Assembly (NCBI GenBank): GCA_038087875.1
Contig: CM075989.1
Location: 16,370,001-16,434,000 of the forward strand
Origin: Malacoraja senta
Lineage: Eukaryota
Length of the DNA stretch: 64,000 nucleotides
Direction of reading: 5' to 3'
This document shows positions 1-13,430 of this stretch, one piece after another (the first letter of the stretch is position 1; every line of letters starts with the position of its first letter). The translations under genes were made by a program, and so were the position numbers. A model generated the notes under the pieces. It was not told the DNA's origin and ran no database searches. It worked only from the letters and a program-made list of their open reading frames with translations.

Positions 1-973
1 ATGGAAAAACCCAACCCTCCAACCTCTGCTGCAAAGCGAAATCCCAGCTTTAAATTATGATGGTTATGTAGTCATATGGTGTTAACTTGTACCAAAACAA
101 TACAATACCAAAATAGGCCCAAAATGCTGGAGTAACTCAGCGGGACAGGCTGCGGGACGGGATGGGTGACGTTTCGGGTCGAGACCCTTGGCCCACCGAG
201 ATTGCATTGACCATCAGATGCCAATTTACAAGAATCCGACATTAATCAAATATATTCTCTTCAAGTTCCCATAATCTCCCCCTAGATTCCACCACACGGG
301 GCAATTTAATCTACTATTGTGCATGGAGTCCATGAGATGTGGTCAAGGTAAACGTGCAAACTCCAAGTAGACAACATCGGAGGACAGGATTGTATATCTG
401 TGCCCAGCTCTTTGAGACATTGGCTTTACTAACTGCCTCAGTTTATGACCTGGGACACAATGATATTCTCTCCCATTTTTTGTTAAACTCAAATATCATT
501 TGGTATTTAGTAATTGGTAGGATATAAAGCTTTTAAGTTGCAGACATTCTGATGTCAAAGTAGCTGACTTCTTGATTTTATTATGTAAATATGTGAAAGG
601 AGCTTGCTCTCCAAAGTGATTCCTATGCTAATTAATGCTAATTTCACCCAACCCCTTTGAGGTTCAAAGCTGCAAAGCGCTGCACATTTAACAAGAGAAT
701 GTTACTTTCAAACCTCAATTAGAAGATCAAATATCCTATGATATTTGTAATACAATATTTGCATTTTTTTTTTTATCATGCAGCAAGGAAATGTTATCTT
801 GTCCTTGAAGTTGCATCTTCGCTGACTAACAATTTTGTTGATATAACCTATTAACAAGTTTATTGTCATATGCTCAAGTATGGTGAGATACAGGTACAAG
901 GAAAAATCTTGCATGAGGTTTTGAGAACACAGTGGTTTTCTTTGAATAATCTGTTGTGTTGTTTCTTATGCAG

Positions 974-1099
974 TCGAGCACATGAGCGGCCTCCACCACA
1001 CCCACATCGTATGCATCCTAACTATGGCCATGGACATCATATTCATGTTCCTCAGACAATGTCCTCACATCCACGGCAGCCACAGGAGAGGCCAACATG
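974..1099 (+). CDS. RNF111: RNF111 (Arkadia E3 ligase) internal coding exon
   Basis: cag| acceptor at 971-973 and |gtcagt donor at 1100; encodes [42 protein letters not shown], recognisably RNF111. Upstream exons lie outside the window. Confidence 0.95.
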
Positions 1100-1824
1100 G
1101 TCAGTGGGAAATTCCCCTCTTCAATTTATTCCTGCAACCATTTAATGCCTTAGTTTCCAAGTAGCTGGGGGTAGCAAAGGCTAAGCTTGAGACTGATGCG
1201 TTGGTATAATTTATTGAAGATCGGATTTTTTTAAATATCAGTAAGGTTTGGGTAAATTTAAAAAGGTACAAACAGCAATATTCATATTTTCCCCCTGAAA
1301 TGGAAAGTGATACTTTTCCTAAAATGTTGACCTTGATTTTAACCAACAACTGCCTTGTATTGCAAGCCTTTTCTGTTTGTGTAATAAACCTGCTGGTTAT
1401 AAACAGATGCACTGTGGCATTTAACATAAAATCGTGGTCAGGGAAATACAATAAATTGTTTGTCATTTTTAACAGAAAATGATTAGTTCTGCATGTCACT
1501 TTAAGTCGGTAGTATCGCACAAGGCCATAGATTTTAGAATTTACATAAAGAATGAGATCAAATTGTGGATTTTCCCAGATACAGCTGTGGGATTCTATGT
1601 GGTAAAAACATAATTTGAACCACTCATTCAGGTTATTGTCCCAGTTAGGTGATTCCAGTCATGATAACCAGCTTCCTCAATTAGTTAATAATTTACATTG
1701 CTAAATATTGTATAGACATAGACCTCTTTATTTTTGTAGCAATTAATAATTGTAGAATCTTTTAAATTACTGCAGCTTTAATATTGAGTAAAGAATTAAT
1801 AAATTTGTGTTTAAACTGTTACAG

Positions 1825-1957
1825 GGATCTAGGTATTGATCCAGGGGTGACTGCAGCACCATATCCACCAGGTCATCTTCATCCTCACTTGGCTCATTAC
1901 CACCCTCCTCCACCTCCTCGACTACATCATTTCCCAATTGGAGCATTGCCGTTTATG
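1825..1957 (+). CDS. RNF111: RNF111 coding exon
   Basis: acag|G GAT CTA ... TTT ATG|gtgagc; [44 protein letters not shown]; in phase with the previous exon (TG+G=W). Confidence 0.95.
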
Positions 1958-3023
1958 GTGAGCAAATTAATAGATGATAATCCAATTTTAAAATGATTCT
2001 AAATGTGATCATAAACCAGGTTTATGACAATTGCCTTTTCAAGTCACTCCAGCGTAAAAAAATATCAAGAAGATCATTGTAAACTTAAACCCATCTTCAT
2101 AGAATTCACAGTGAAGATTGTTTTGATGTGCTTTAATTTTTGCTTTGCATTGTAATATCTTGGTAAAGTTTGTTTTAAAAGGGTGTCAAACTTGCTACAA
2201 TCACTCTGCTTTCAAGGTTGTGGTGTGAGATTAGAGGAAAACAGGTTGTGCAGTTACTGGTTTCATTGGTGGCTATTAGTAGAAGCTATTTGCCGTTCGA
2301 GCAGCAGGGGGGGAAACAACATTACCATGTTCAATAGATAAGCCAACACTGTGTACTTTCAATCTAAAGCTCTCCCCATTTTGAACCATGATTTTTTTTT
2401 AAATCATTTACCATTTTATGTCAGATGATGTCCTGAGGGATTTTCTTTTCTCTGACACTTTCATTTCAGGTTTCTGCATTCCCCAGAATTAATCCAGCAA
2501 CATATGTTGCAGAAGTTGGGGGTATCAATTAGATGGCTCCAGGCTAATTAAAGTGCTGATATCCAAATAAATGAACAGATGTTATTCAGCTATTACCTCC
2601 ATCCAAAAACAGATACCAGTGGAGAAGCAGTGAATTCTGAGCTGAAAGTCATTGCTCAATATGGGGAATATCTTGCTGAATTAATTCTCCAAGTTAATGA
2701 GAGATTTGCTGTAGTAGAGACGTTTTAATATAAAATTGAGTACATCGGATATTGCACAGTATCATTCTAAATATGAGATGATCTGACTCAATGACTCTGA
2801 TTTATTAATTATTGTCAGGTTTACAGTGATTTGCATATTTAGCCCTTAATATGGTGGTTCTCAAACAAACACTGTACCAAGCCACAGAGAACACCTTAGT
2901 GTTAAAGAAGGAACTGCAGATGCTTCATTAATATTCAAAAATGTTATAAGAAGCTGAATGGTTTTAAGAAAACTAATCAAAAAAATTGGCAGAACAAGTA
3001 AAAACATGGCATAACATCAGAGC

Positions 3024-4505
3024 TTTTTTTATTTCCAAAAATAAACTTTATTCAGAATTTTTTAAATATACAAAACAAGCTCTTCCGATATTCTTGGTCT
3101 AAACATTAATTAGTGTCATATTCAGTAGTGTTCGCAACTATCATAAAATCAAGCACCCTTGCCACTCTTGTAGCTCCCTGGGAATGATATCCCTTCTCTT
3201 TGATGGGTGAGCCCACTGGACTATGCCCCCAATGTCCAGCAGCAGAAGGACCTTAGACTGTGATCCACCTCCACAGAGTCTGAGCAGTAACTGAACCCAA
3301 GCTTCAGCAAGTCCCTCAGCACATACTCCTGAAGTCTGGAATGAGCCAGTCGGTGACATTCCCTGTCGGACATCTTGCTCTGCTCCATGGCCAACAAGTT
3401 TTGGGCAGACCAGACACCATTTTTCACCAAGTTGATGATCTTCCAGCAGCACTCGATGACGATCTCCGAATGTGTCCATGGGAACAACCTGTGAATCAAA
3501 GAGTCCTCCGTTGCAGAGCTGTTCGGGATGAATCACGACAAGGTCCCCGGCATTATTCTCAGCCCTTCTTTGCAAATCCACACTCTGTGGTGAGCAACCG
3601 TCCCCTCTACTTAGCAGCCGTCCCGATGGCAGCATGCATCAGTAGTAAGATTCTGATAGTTCCGGGAGGATCTGACTGGGTGGGCCCTGCTCACTGTCAG
3701 CCTAGCGTGGTCTTAATGCTTTAGATTTTTGAGAAAGTGTGGAAACAGGCCCTTCGGCCCACCGAGTTTGCACCGACCAGCAATCACGCCATACACTAGC
3801 ACTATCCTACATAGTATTTACAACTATAGACGTAGACAATTTACAATTTATTTTACCAAAACCAATTCGCCTACAAACCTGTACGTCTTTGGAATGTGGG
3901 AGGAAACCGGAGCATCCGGAGAAAACGGATACAGGGAGAATGTACAAACTCCACACACACACAGCACCCGTAATTGGGTTTGAACCCCGGTCTCTGGCAC
4001 TGTAAGGCAACGACTCTACCACTGCAGCACAGTGCTGCGCTTGTGGTGATGAGGCATTTTGCCAGACAAACTGGGCCGTCTGCTCAGGGATCCATGCCAG
4101 GGAATCCATCGAGTCCTTGTCCTGTAGTGTCTGCATGATATTCCGTGCTGACCACTGCCTGATGAACTTGTGTTTCGACGTGTTTGTCCAGAAGAACTTT
4201 TTCCACAAAGGACAGGTGGAGCAGCAATGTCCAACTAACTGGCACATTGCATGGCTCAGTGTCAGGCCCATCTTTCGCAATACCAGGGGCAGGTCGAACC
4301 TCAGCAGGTAATGACACTCAGTGCCCATGTGCTTTGGCTCTACGCACAGCCCAATGCAGCCACACACAAGGTGGCCATCAGGATCAAGACGACATTGTCT
4401 GCTGACTTTGCCCCCACTGCCTGCCGACTTTTACTCTGTCCCGCTGGACCGCTCCATCATTGATTCCCCAGATGAACTGCTAATGTCGCCTGTACTTGCG
4501 TGTTA
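3024..4505 (-). mobile_element. L1/Tx1-like non-LTR retrotransposon 3' fragment, interrupted by a SINE
   Basis: Degenerate ORF2 C-terminus (CCWKIINLVKNGVWSAQNLL); 3' AATAAA and A-rich tail near 3024-3053; related to the copy at 23400-24405. Confidence 0.7.
3722..4037 (-). mobile_element. tRNA-derived V-SINE (HE1-like)
   Basis: On -: tRNA-like head with A/B boxes, V-domain (TCCGGTTTCCTCCCACATTCCAAAGAC) and CR1-like tail (GGGCCGAAGGGCCTGTTTCC). Confidence 0.8.
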
Positions 4506-7500
4506 ATCGGGAATTCGAAAATCAAGGAGTTATTGGAGGACTATGGGTTTGAGATTACTCAAATGACAAAGGGTGGGTCTAAGGATGAACTTGAATATGT
4601 AGATAAGTATTAAAGATTCATGGCTTTGAAACAACTGGGAATCTACATGGGGCATCAGGTACAGCGGTAGTGGCTTAATGGGTCATGGTGTGAGTTACAT
4701 TTCAGGCAGCAGAAATATGGTTGTTCTTTGGTTTGCAGTGGGTGAAATGTAGCTAAAAGCTCTGGCATTTCAACAAATGCTGGAGGCAGGCATTGGATAT
4801 TCAGCTTGGGTTCGGATAGAATGAGAACAGTCTGGTTGGGCCTCGTAAACAGATATTTACTGACATGCCAGATGATGAGCTCTCTGGTGAATACATCAAG
4901 ATTCTAACTGATCATTTTATTTGTGTGCATTTATATATGATCACTCATCGGAACCTGAAATCCATCCAAATTCCAGAGCCAATGACCAATTTCAGGAGGC
5001 AGATTGCTAATGGGGCTTTAAGTAGTTTAATTAATGAGACGATGAAAGAGAGAAAATCATAAATGTAAATCACACTTTCCATATCTCCACATGTGGCATT
5101 TACCACCCAAAAATTGTAAATTAAATGCTGTATGAAAAATTATTGTTTTTAAAACTATGTTGATAATCTTTTCAGAATGAGAAGCAGATTTGTGGGAATT
5201 AGTTCACCCTTTGAGCTACACCAAGCAGCTGAACACTTTGGCACAAGATTGTTCAAAGGTCAGAACTAAGCAAGGGGTGGTGCTGAAAATATTTTTCAAC
5301 TCAAATCAGAAACGTAGATAAAACACATTTTTCAAAACTTTGAAATATGGTTTCATTTTTGTTTCTGATTTTAAAATTAAAGCTTAATTATATATTTAGG
5401 AAACCAGCAACTTTATTCTAATACTATTGATCTGTAAATAAGACATTTTGAAATCTGGCCAGATCCATGAAATTAGCTGAATGGTTTCTGCTTCATTTCC
5501 TATGATTTCTACTCCTCATAGTTGGATTAACGTGCTGGCCAATTCTTGATTACTTAAGTGACTTAAGCTGCTTGGGATCTGCAAAAGGAAAAGTATAGCA
5601 AGCAAAACAAAAACAGAAAAGTACATCAGGTCAGTTTGTTACTGTGGAGATGAGAAACATTCTAGATGCCAACCTTTTTAATGTTTAGATTCAGTGATTA
5701 AACACTTTATTAATTTTAAATCTTTTCCCAAACTCTGCTCTAAATTTTCAAGAGGAATTCCATCATTAGAAAGTTAGTAATGCAAGTTCTCAGTCGTACT
5801 TGGTCAGGTGCTGTTTCGAGATTCCCAGGACTAAACTAGCAAATGTAAATTGCTTAGATTTGTTTGGCAGTCTTCATGTATGAGAGCTTCTCAGGAGGCA
5901 TTTATAAACAAAGGTTCACTTGGACAATGGAAATTGTGAGGCCATGATTGAGGAAAGCATTTAGGTGGAGTGCTTCTGACTTGTGAAACATGTGGGGCAG
6001 GACTGATCGATGATAAGAGAAAGTTTTGTAAAACAAAGATAGAGACAAAATGCTGGAGTAACTCAGGCAACGTCTCTGGAGAAAAGGAATAGGTGACGTT
6101 TTGGGTTAAGACTCTTCTTCAGACTGAGAGTCAGGCAACAGGGAAAACAAGGTTTATTTGCCAGAGGACTGGCCACAGTTGGTACATTTAAAGGAATGGG
6201 CACTGAGCTGTATTACAGACACTGAGAGGGGATGTTTTGAGTTGCAGTAAACTGGGAAAAAAGAATATGAAGGAACTTAAAGATGAGGTCAAATTTTATG
6301 CGCTGGGTAATGGAAAGTCTTGAAACGTGTCAACAATGGATGGAGTGGCACTATCTAATCAGCTTGCTTTTACCCAAAGTGACAAAATTATGACACATCA
6401 GCAATATCCACTAAGCACGTTATTTAAAATATGTCCACTAAATTAACCACGGCATGTTGGTAAATGCAGTTTTCTTATGTAAGACATTATGAACAATGTT
6501 GGCTTGGAAAAGACACTAGCTGTTTCTGGCCAGTGTTACGTAATTGTGAAAACTTGCTGGTAAACAATAATATAGACATTTTAATCCATCTGAAGTCCAT
6601 GTCCCCTGGAAGCGCTGCAAAACCAGACAAATTCCTGAGAAAGAGTCCTGGTTAAGCTTTTCTCCCAGGACTCCCTGGCACCATTAAAATTTAAAGCTAG
6701 TCAGAAAGACTCAGATGATCCTGACAATGTTAACATCTGAACTCAAAAACAGGCTCAGCTAGTGTTTAAAAAATGTCTATCCACTGTGTGAACTTGTGGT
6801 CTGAACCAGTTTTCTACTATTTTTGGGCCAGGAATCATTTTCTAACAAGAGACATAAGAAACTGCAGAACAACCAGAATCTTGAGCAAAAAACAAAGTGT
6901 AGGAGGAACTCACGGGTCAGAGCATTTGTGGGAAGGAATAGACAGACAATGTTTTGGGTTGGAACCCTTCTCCATGATTCCGACCTGACATGTCGTTTGT
7001 CAAATCCCTCCACAGATACTGCCTCACCCGCTGCATTCTTCCAGCACTTTGTTTGTTTGCTCAACCATCTTCTGACACTTGTACAGCTTAAATTTGTTAC
7101 CTAGACTAAACTAATCTATTTAATTTAAATAAACTCGTATACATTCTGATACTTTTACCTTATATAATTCTACCTCACGAAGTATCAATATACTGTGTGG
7201 GGAGAGAAAATTTGGGCTGAGGTATTTTTAGCAATACCTGACCGGGGTCTTGTACGAGGTCAAAATAGTACATGTACTAGTACATAGAGATACAGCATAG
7301 AAACAGTCCCTTTGGCCCACTTAATGTACCAATCATTAATCACCCATTTACACTAATTTGACATTCATTCAATTTTTATTCCCATCAGTTACGCCCAGAT
7401 TCTACTCACACCTACACACGCGGAGTAATTTACAGTGTCTGCATATTATTGAGATATGGGAGGACTACAGAGCATCCTGGGGAAATCCAAGCAGCCATAG

Positions 7501-7938
7501 GGAGAACATGTCACCTTTACTGGCGCACACACTCGCAGGCAAACACACCACAAATCTTTGGCTGTACTAGCTGTTCTATTGTGCAGCCATGTTGTCTTGA
7601 GGTACAATTTCTATAATGCCTCCAAAATAGGTAACTTTAGCTCATAGATTGCTCATTGCGCATGAATCCATGCATAGTATTGAGCACATCTATCTTCCGT
7701 CACCTAATTTAATACTTTTATCTGTAGGGTTAGCATCATTTAGTATTCACTTTACCCACATGAACAACATTACACATCTTCAAATTTAAAAATTATTCAC
7801 AAGGGCAGTCTCCCATTTCTTCTGTATTCCCCTGTAGCAGGTGATCATTGGTGATAGTTCCAAAAATACCTCTACAAACCCCATAGCCGCCTCCGTCTAA
7901 ATCATAAATAAAAGCAGCAGCCCTAGTTCCATTTCTTA

Positions 7939-8474
7939 AGGGGCTGTCCCACTTGGGCGACCTAATTGGCGAGTTTAGAAGAGTTTGAAAAAATGACATG
8001 TTGAAGACCTCCTTCGACTATGTAGAAGACCTCCTTTGACCTCCTTTGACTATGTTGAAGACCAGCTTTGACTAGCTACGACTAACTTCGTGAAAATTGG
8101 ACACCGAATAGTGGAGAGTGAAGACGACCTCCTTCGATCTCCTTCGACCTCCCTTCGACTATGATGAAGACTATGACTACCTTCGACTACCCTCGATTAC
8201 CTACGACTAACATGCCGACCTACTACGACTAAACCTACGAGTAAAAAAGTATCCATTTTTTCCATGGCGACTTTTTTTACTCGCATGCATTTTTTAACAT
8301 ATTGAAAAAACCGCCGCGAGCTAGCTGAGGCCTCGAGTACGCGGAGACCAGTCTCGAGCATGAAGGAGAGTTACGAAGACCTCCTACAACCTCGTGTCGA
8401 CCATGCTGCGAGTATGAGTCAAGGGCAAACTCTCCAGAACTCGCGGATTGGGTCGCACAAGTGGGACAGGCCCT
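7939..8474. mobile_element. PIF/Harbinger-type MITE
   Basis: 16-bp TIR AGGGSCTGTCCCACTT; TTA at 7936-7938 and 8475-8477; internal CGACT/CGACCT repeats. Confidence 0.8.
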
Positions 8475-8789
8475 TTAGTACCACCAGTGATCAGTCTCAA
8501 CATAAAATTCCATATGTAATTGTTATCTTGCCTCAATATTTCCAGACTCTTGGAACTTTGCTGGCACCCATGTCACTAAGCATTTGGAGGTCTGAATATA
8601 ATAATTTGTGCTGAGGTTCCTACTTCATAGTGATTTCAAAAATAGCGGTCAAACTCCTGTTAAATATCCATAATGCTTCCCTTACCCTCTTAATTAATCA
8701 CATGTTGTAGCCTGGCAATTCTCTTCAGCAACTTTCTCATTACTTATGTCAGTCTTTTGGGCAGAGTGATGCTCTAAAAAGTAAGGAAA

Positions 8790-9320
8790 TCTGGCACGTC
8801 TCCAACTTGCTCAGCAGATTAAGGAAATTTGTCATGTCTCCAATGACTCTTACCAATTTCTGCAGGTGCATAGTAGAAAGCAGCCGAGGGGGATGCAAAA
8901 TCATTTGGTTTGGCAAATGCTATGGCCAAGGCTACAAGAAATTGCAGAAAGTTGCGAAGCAGCTCAGTCCATCATCTAAACCAGTCCCGTCCCCACCCGC
9001 CCCGTTTCTCCCTCCCCCCCCCCCTCCAAATTGGCTGTATCCACTTCATACAGCTCAGGAAAACCGCCATGATCAAGAACTATGGTCATTGCCTCTGCTT
9101 TCTTCATCCATTAGGTAGAAGATAAAAAAGCTTGAAAGCATACACCAACTATTTCCGTAGCTGTTACACTATATTCTCAAATGTTTCCTTTATCTTTTTT
9201 GCACCAACTGCTGTACCTGTGTATGGTTTGATTGTATGATTTGCCTGGGTAATATGATTTGCCTGGGTAGCATGCAGAACAAAGTTTTTCGCTGTACACA
9301 TAACAACAAAAAACCAATTA
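8790..9320 (+). mobile_element. Rex1/Babar-L2-like LINE 3' fragment
   Basis: Degenerate LRRLRKF..S..TLTNFYRC..ES-type motif; same family as 51475-52265. Confidence 0.6.
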
Positions 9321-9659
9321 GAATGAATTTGGTGTCAACGTTATGACATGAAAAGGAGCAGCAGCCTGTGGATATGTTGTTTTACCCACATCTAAGTTTT
9401 TAATTATTTATCTGTGTTTAAATTTTTTTTTTTATAACCATTTCAATCAATTTTATACACGTCTGACTTTCCAGAACTTTAAAAAAATAATTGAAAAGTC
9501 CCTTTACAGCATCTGACAGTCAGGAAGGCTCAAGTTGTTAGTGGGTCTCATATGATGCTTTCTCCTGCTGCAGACCCCACGACATCTTGCCTAATATCTG
9601 TTGAATGCAGAAGGGCAACTAACTCGGTTCTGTACAAACCAAAAAATGTGTGCAGGCAA

Positions 9660-10056
9660 GCAGGGGGTCTTATAGAAACAAATAAAATTCTTAAGGGATT
9701 GGACAGGCTAGATGCAGGAAAGGCAGGAAAAATGTTCTCGATGTTGGGGGGAGTCCAGAACCAGGGGTCACAGTTTAACAATAAGGGTTAGGCCATTTAG
9801 GACTGAGATGAGGGAAAGCTTTTTCAGCCAGAGAGTTGTGAATCTGTGGAATTCTCTGCCACAGAAGGCAGTGGAGGCCAATTCACTGGATGCAAGAGAG
9901 AGTTAGATATAGCTCTTAGGGCTAACGGAATCAAGGGATATGGTGAAAAAGCAGGAACAGGGTACTGATTCTGGATGATCAGCCATGATCATATTGAATG
10001 GTGGTGCTGGCTCAAAGGGACGAATGGCCTACAGCACCTACTTTCTATGTTTCTAA
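9660..10056 (+). mobile_element. CR1 LINE 3' fragment
   Basis: GDLIE..KILKGLDR / FFSQRVVNLWNSLP-type motifs plus CR1 3' tail. Many more copies: about 19578, 21420, 22210, 24750, 26115, 31470(-), 33060, 35125(-), 36140, 43460, 45065, 46690, 52265(-), 57095, 59075(-), 61240 and 61725. Confidence 0.85.
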
Positions 10057-10351
10057 GCAGTGAATCCAGGTGGACAGCTAGGTCCATGTGGATCCAAATC
10101 CAGATGTTTACTGCCTAACATCAATCTACGAACAAGGATATACAATAGTTTACATCCAAAAAGTTCCATTTTTAATGATACATAAAATCGTTCATTATGA
10201 ATTACTGGCATATGTGTAACCTCAAAAAATGGCTCAAGATTTTCCTATAAACACGATGCTTTTAAAAAAAAATGTTGATACTGCAAATATAACCTTAAAT
10301 TGAAATATTGTGATATTTCATCTCAACAAATACTTTTTTTGTTTTGTATAG

Positions 10352-10432
10352 GCTGTACCTCCAGACATGGCAGGCTATCCTCATATTCGCTACATTTCCT
10401 CAAGGATTCCGGGATTCAGAGCCACCTATGAG
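10352..10432 (+). CDS. RNF111: RNF111 coding exon
   Basis: tag|GCT...GAG|gttggt, 81 nt; AVPPDMAGYPHIRYISSRIPGFRATYE. Confidence 0.92.
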
Positions 10433-10531
10433 GTTGGTATAACCACAACAAGAAATACAATACGTTAAAGTTGATCTGGTTTTATATTTAAATGTGAGCA
10501 TTTAACAAAATAAATATTCTTTCTTTCATAG

Positions 10532-10627
10532 GACTTACTACATTTAGAAGAACGACTGGGTAATGTTAATCGAGGTGCCTCACAGGGTACAATTGAGAGA
10601 TGCACGTACCCACATAAATATAAAAAG
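10532..10627 (+). CDS. RNF111: RNF111 coding exon (pre-RING region)
   Basis: tag|GAC...AAG|gtaaaa, 96 nt; [32 protein letters not shown]. Confidence 0.96.
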
Positions 10628-10798
10628 GTAAAACATTTCTCATTAATTTTCAATTTATATTATAAAAATTGTCTTTATATACAACACAAATTATAAGCAA
10701 ACAAGTTGAAATTATTATTGTATATGTTTTGTGATTTATTTGATTAAACCATCTGACAAATTTGAATTTGTGGTAACAAGGCGATAACTGACTTACAG

Positions 10799-10902
10799 AG
10801 GAAATTGCAGTATAAACAGGAGGAGGAGGATGGAATAGAGGATGATACAGAGGAGAAATGTACAATCTGTCTATCTATTCTAGAAGAAGGAGAAGATGTT
10901 AG
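10799..10902 (+). CDS. RNF111: RNF111 coding exon (start of RING-H2)
   Basis: ttacag|AGG...GTT AG|gtaag; [35 protein letters not shown]. Confidence 0.95.
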
Positions 10903-11717
10903 GTAAGATGGCTATGTCAAACAAATGATCTCTGTAAATCTGTGCAAGCATTTCTAATAGACTGTTAATTGATTAATTAAAAACAATTCCATGCCAAACA
11001 AAAACATAATTAACTGACAAGCAGATACAAAAGAAGATAATTTGTGGAGAACTTGTTCCTGTTGATGAACTGTGTTGTGTGAATTGGACCTTTCATTGCA
11101 TTGCACCTTATTGATATCAATAATACAATTCCTTTGCACACAATTGTCTTTGATCTTGCTGTAAAGCAATATTTAAACTAAAATGAAAAAGTCCATTATC
11201 AAGTACCTTATGAACTAGTTTATACTGTCTGCTGGGCAATGATGTCCTTGCCTTGCTTCAAGGAAACTTGGTTGTAATGACTGTTGGGTGGGGGTTGGGG
11301 GGAGGGTCAAGATTTGATTTTGTCTGCTTTTGTTATAAGTATATGTATCTGATAAATGTGTCTGCTTTTGTTTCTCATTCTTAGGAAAACTATTAAATGC
11401 CAATTTGAACAATGTATATTTTAGATTTATTACTCTTGTTTACTCCAACGAAAACAGATTCTTAATAACCATGATCCTTAAATACTATCAAACATAATTG
11501 TAGAAAATGATGGCAAGCCTTAATTTTCAAAAATGATCAGGAGATTTCTTCAATCTATAACAATGGGAAATATAAACATGTAGTTAAAACTTTGATCGGC
11601 AAGTTATACCTGGTTCAAATGTTAAATTGATATTTTCACAAGACTTTTTATTTTGAGTATTTAAAAGGGCAAGTAAAAATCTGTGAATTTAATATGGAAG
11701 GATATGTCTGATGATGA

Positions 11718-11891
<174 letters not shown>

Positions 11892-13430
11892 CATCTCATT
11901 AACTCTTCTCAGTACTGCAGTCAACCAAAGATGGCATGAATAACCTGCGCAGATTCAAAAGCATTGAACCTAGAGTGCGGCTAAGCCACATAGTACAATT
12001 TATGCTAGGCCTACAATGATATTTCAGTATAGAGTTTAAATTTTAATGTATTTATGAAGCTTTTTTATGTGGCTTTTTATGTTTTTCCAAGTCATTTTAT
12101 TTTGCATGGTTCCTTGGATTGCATTTCTTTGCACATAACGGGCTTTGTGTCCTCAGACTTGCAGACAAGATTAGCTGCTCTAGATAGAAACAAAGTCATT
12201 TTCATGATGCCTTGCTTTACTGGAATAGAATATGTCATCAGTCACTAACCCTGGACTTTAATTTAAACATTTATACTAGATTGTGTATATAGATTGTGAT
12301 CTGTTCATTAAGGAGGAATATCAAGACATTCCGTGATTAGGAAAACGGCTGCTGTATTGTAGAAACTCATCACACAGCATACAATCAGTTGAAGGGATCT
12401 TATCCCAACCAATTGCCATTGCAAGAAATATGTATCCAACCATATAAACTCTTTAGGTTTGTAATAAAAATCCATTCTTGTTTGGCACAGTGATAAATGT
12501 AATTTTTAAGAATGTCAATATTCTATGAGACTAACAGGCTGAAAAATTTAACTTCAATGTTTTCATTCACTCTGATTTATTTTGGTTTCCCTTTTCTTTA
12601 CAATTTTAGCTGTTTGGCTGCCATTAAACAGCTCTAACAAACACTAATGTTAAGTAAATTAGCTGTATTGCGTATACTTGCACATCTGATGATTTGTAAT
12701 GGTGAGCTAGTCAGATTGTAGAACAAGGTTCCAGATGAATTCATCAATGAGCACATCTAGGTAATGAATTTGAAGACAGATGACAGAATAATGGCTGTTA
12801 AAGATTCAGGTGAAATGTTGGAATGCAGTACTAATGGCAGGTATCCATGCATTCACAGATTTGTAAAGGTCCCTGGATGCATTTTTCAGGATGACTTAGT
12901 TTTAAAGTTAATAAAGATAGTTAACTCCAAGTGTGTTTGTATTTCTTTTCCATCTAAGTGTATACCTAATTCAGCAACTCTTTTTTGCTTTCCATTTGGA
13001 TCAACTATCACTTTTTGATCTGCATCATTGTTTCTGCATGGAAGGAAAAGAATGCTGGAGATTCTGCTGTGTACAAAGACCATCAAAACCTAGTTCAACA
13101 TCAGTTCATTGTGTTTGTGATCAGACATCTGCCATTTTATAATCCCAAATTGTTGCCGTATTATCTGATAAGGAAACTGATCTGGAAAAAAAACCACTGC
13201 CGATGTTGAAATTCAGCTGCATGAATATTAAAATGCAAACCATGAAGTTATTGTGCTCGCTATTTTAATAGTTTTTAGCTTCTCAAATTAAGTAAAATCC
13301 CAATAGGATGATGAACAATGGGTTAAATCATGGGTTAAGCCATTGCATTTCCACAACATAATATTAAGCCCATTATGTTTCAAATATGACAGCCAGTGAA
13401 AACTAAAATAAAAAAACTACAATAAATAAT
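11892..13430 (+). other. RNF111: RNF111 3' UTR (3' end uncertain; may extend to about 15.3 kb)
   Basis: Repeat-poor AT-rich sequence after the stop; AATAAA at 12463, about 13407, 13421, about 14782 and about 15317. Confidence 0.6.

Noticed and set aside
1101..1520. 139-aa minus-strand ORF and similar intronic ORFs
   Set aside because: AT-rich intron sequence with no recognisable domain or splice context; consistent with chance.
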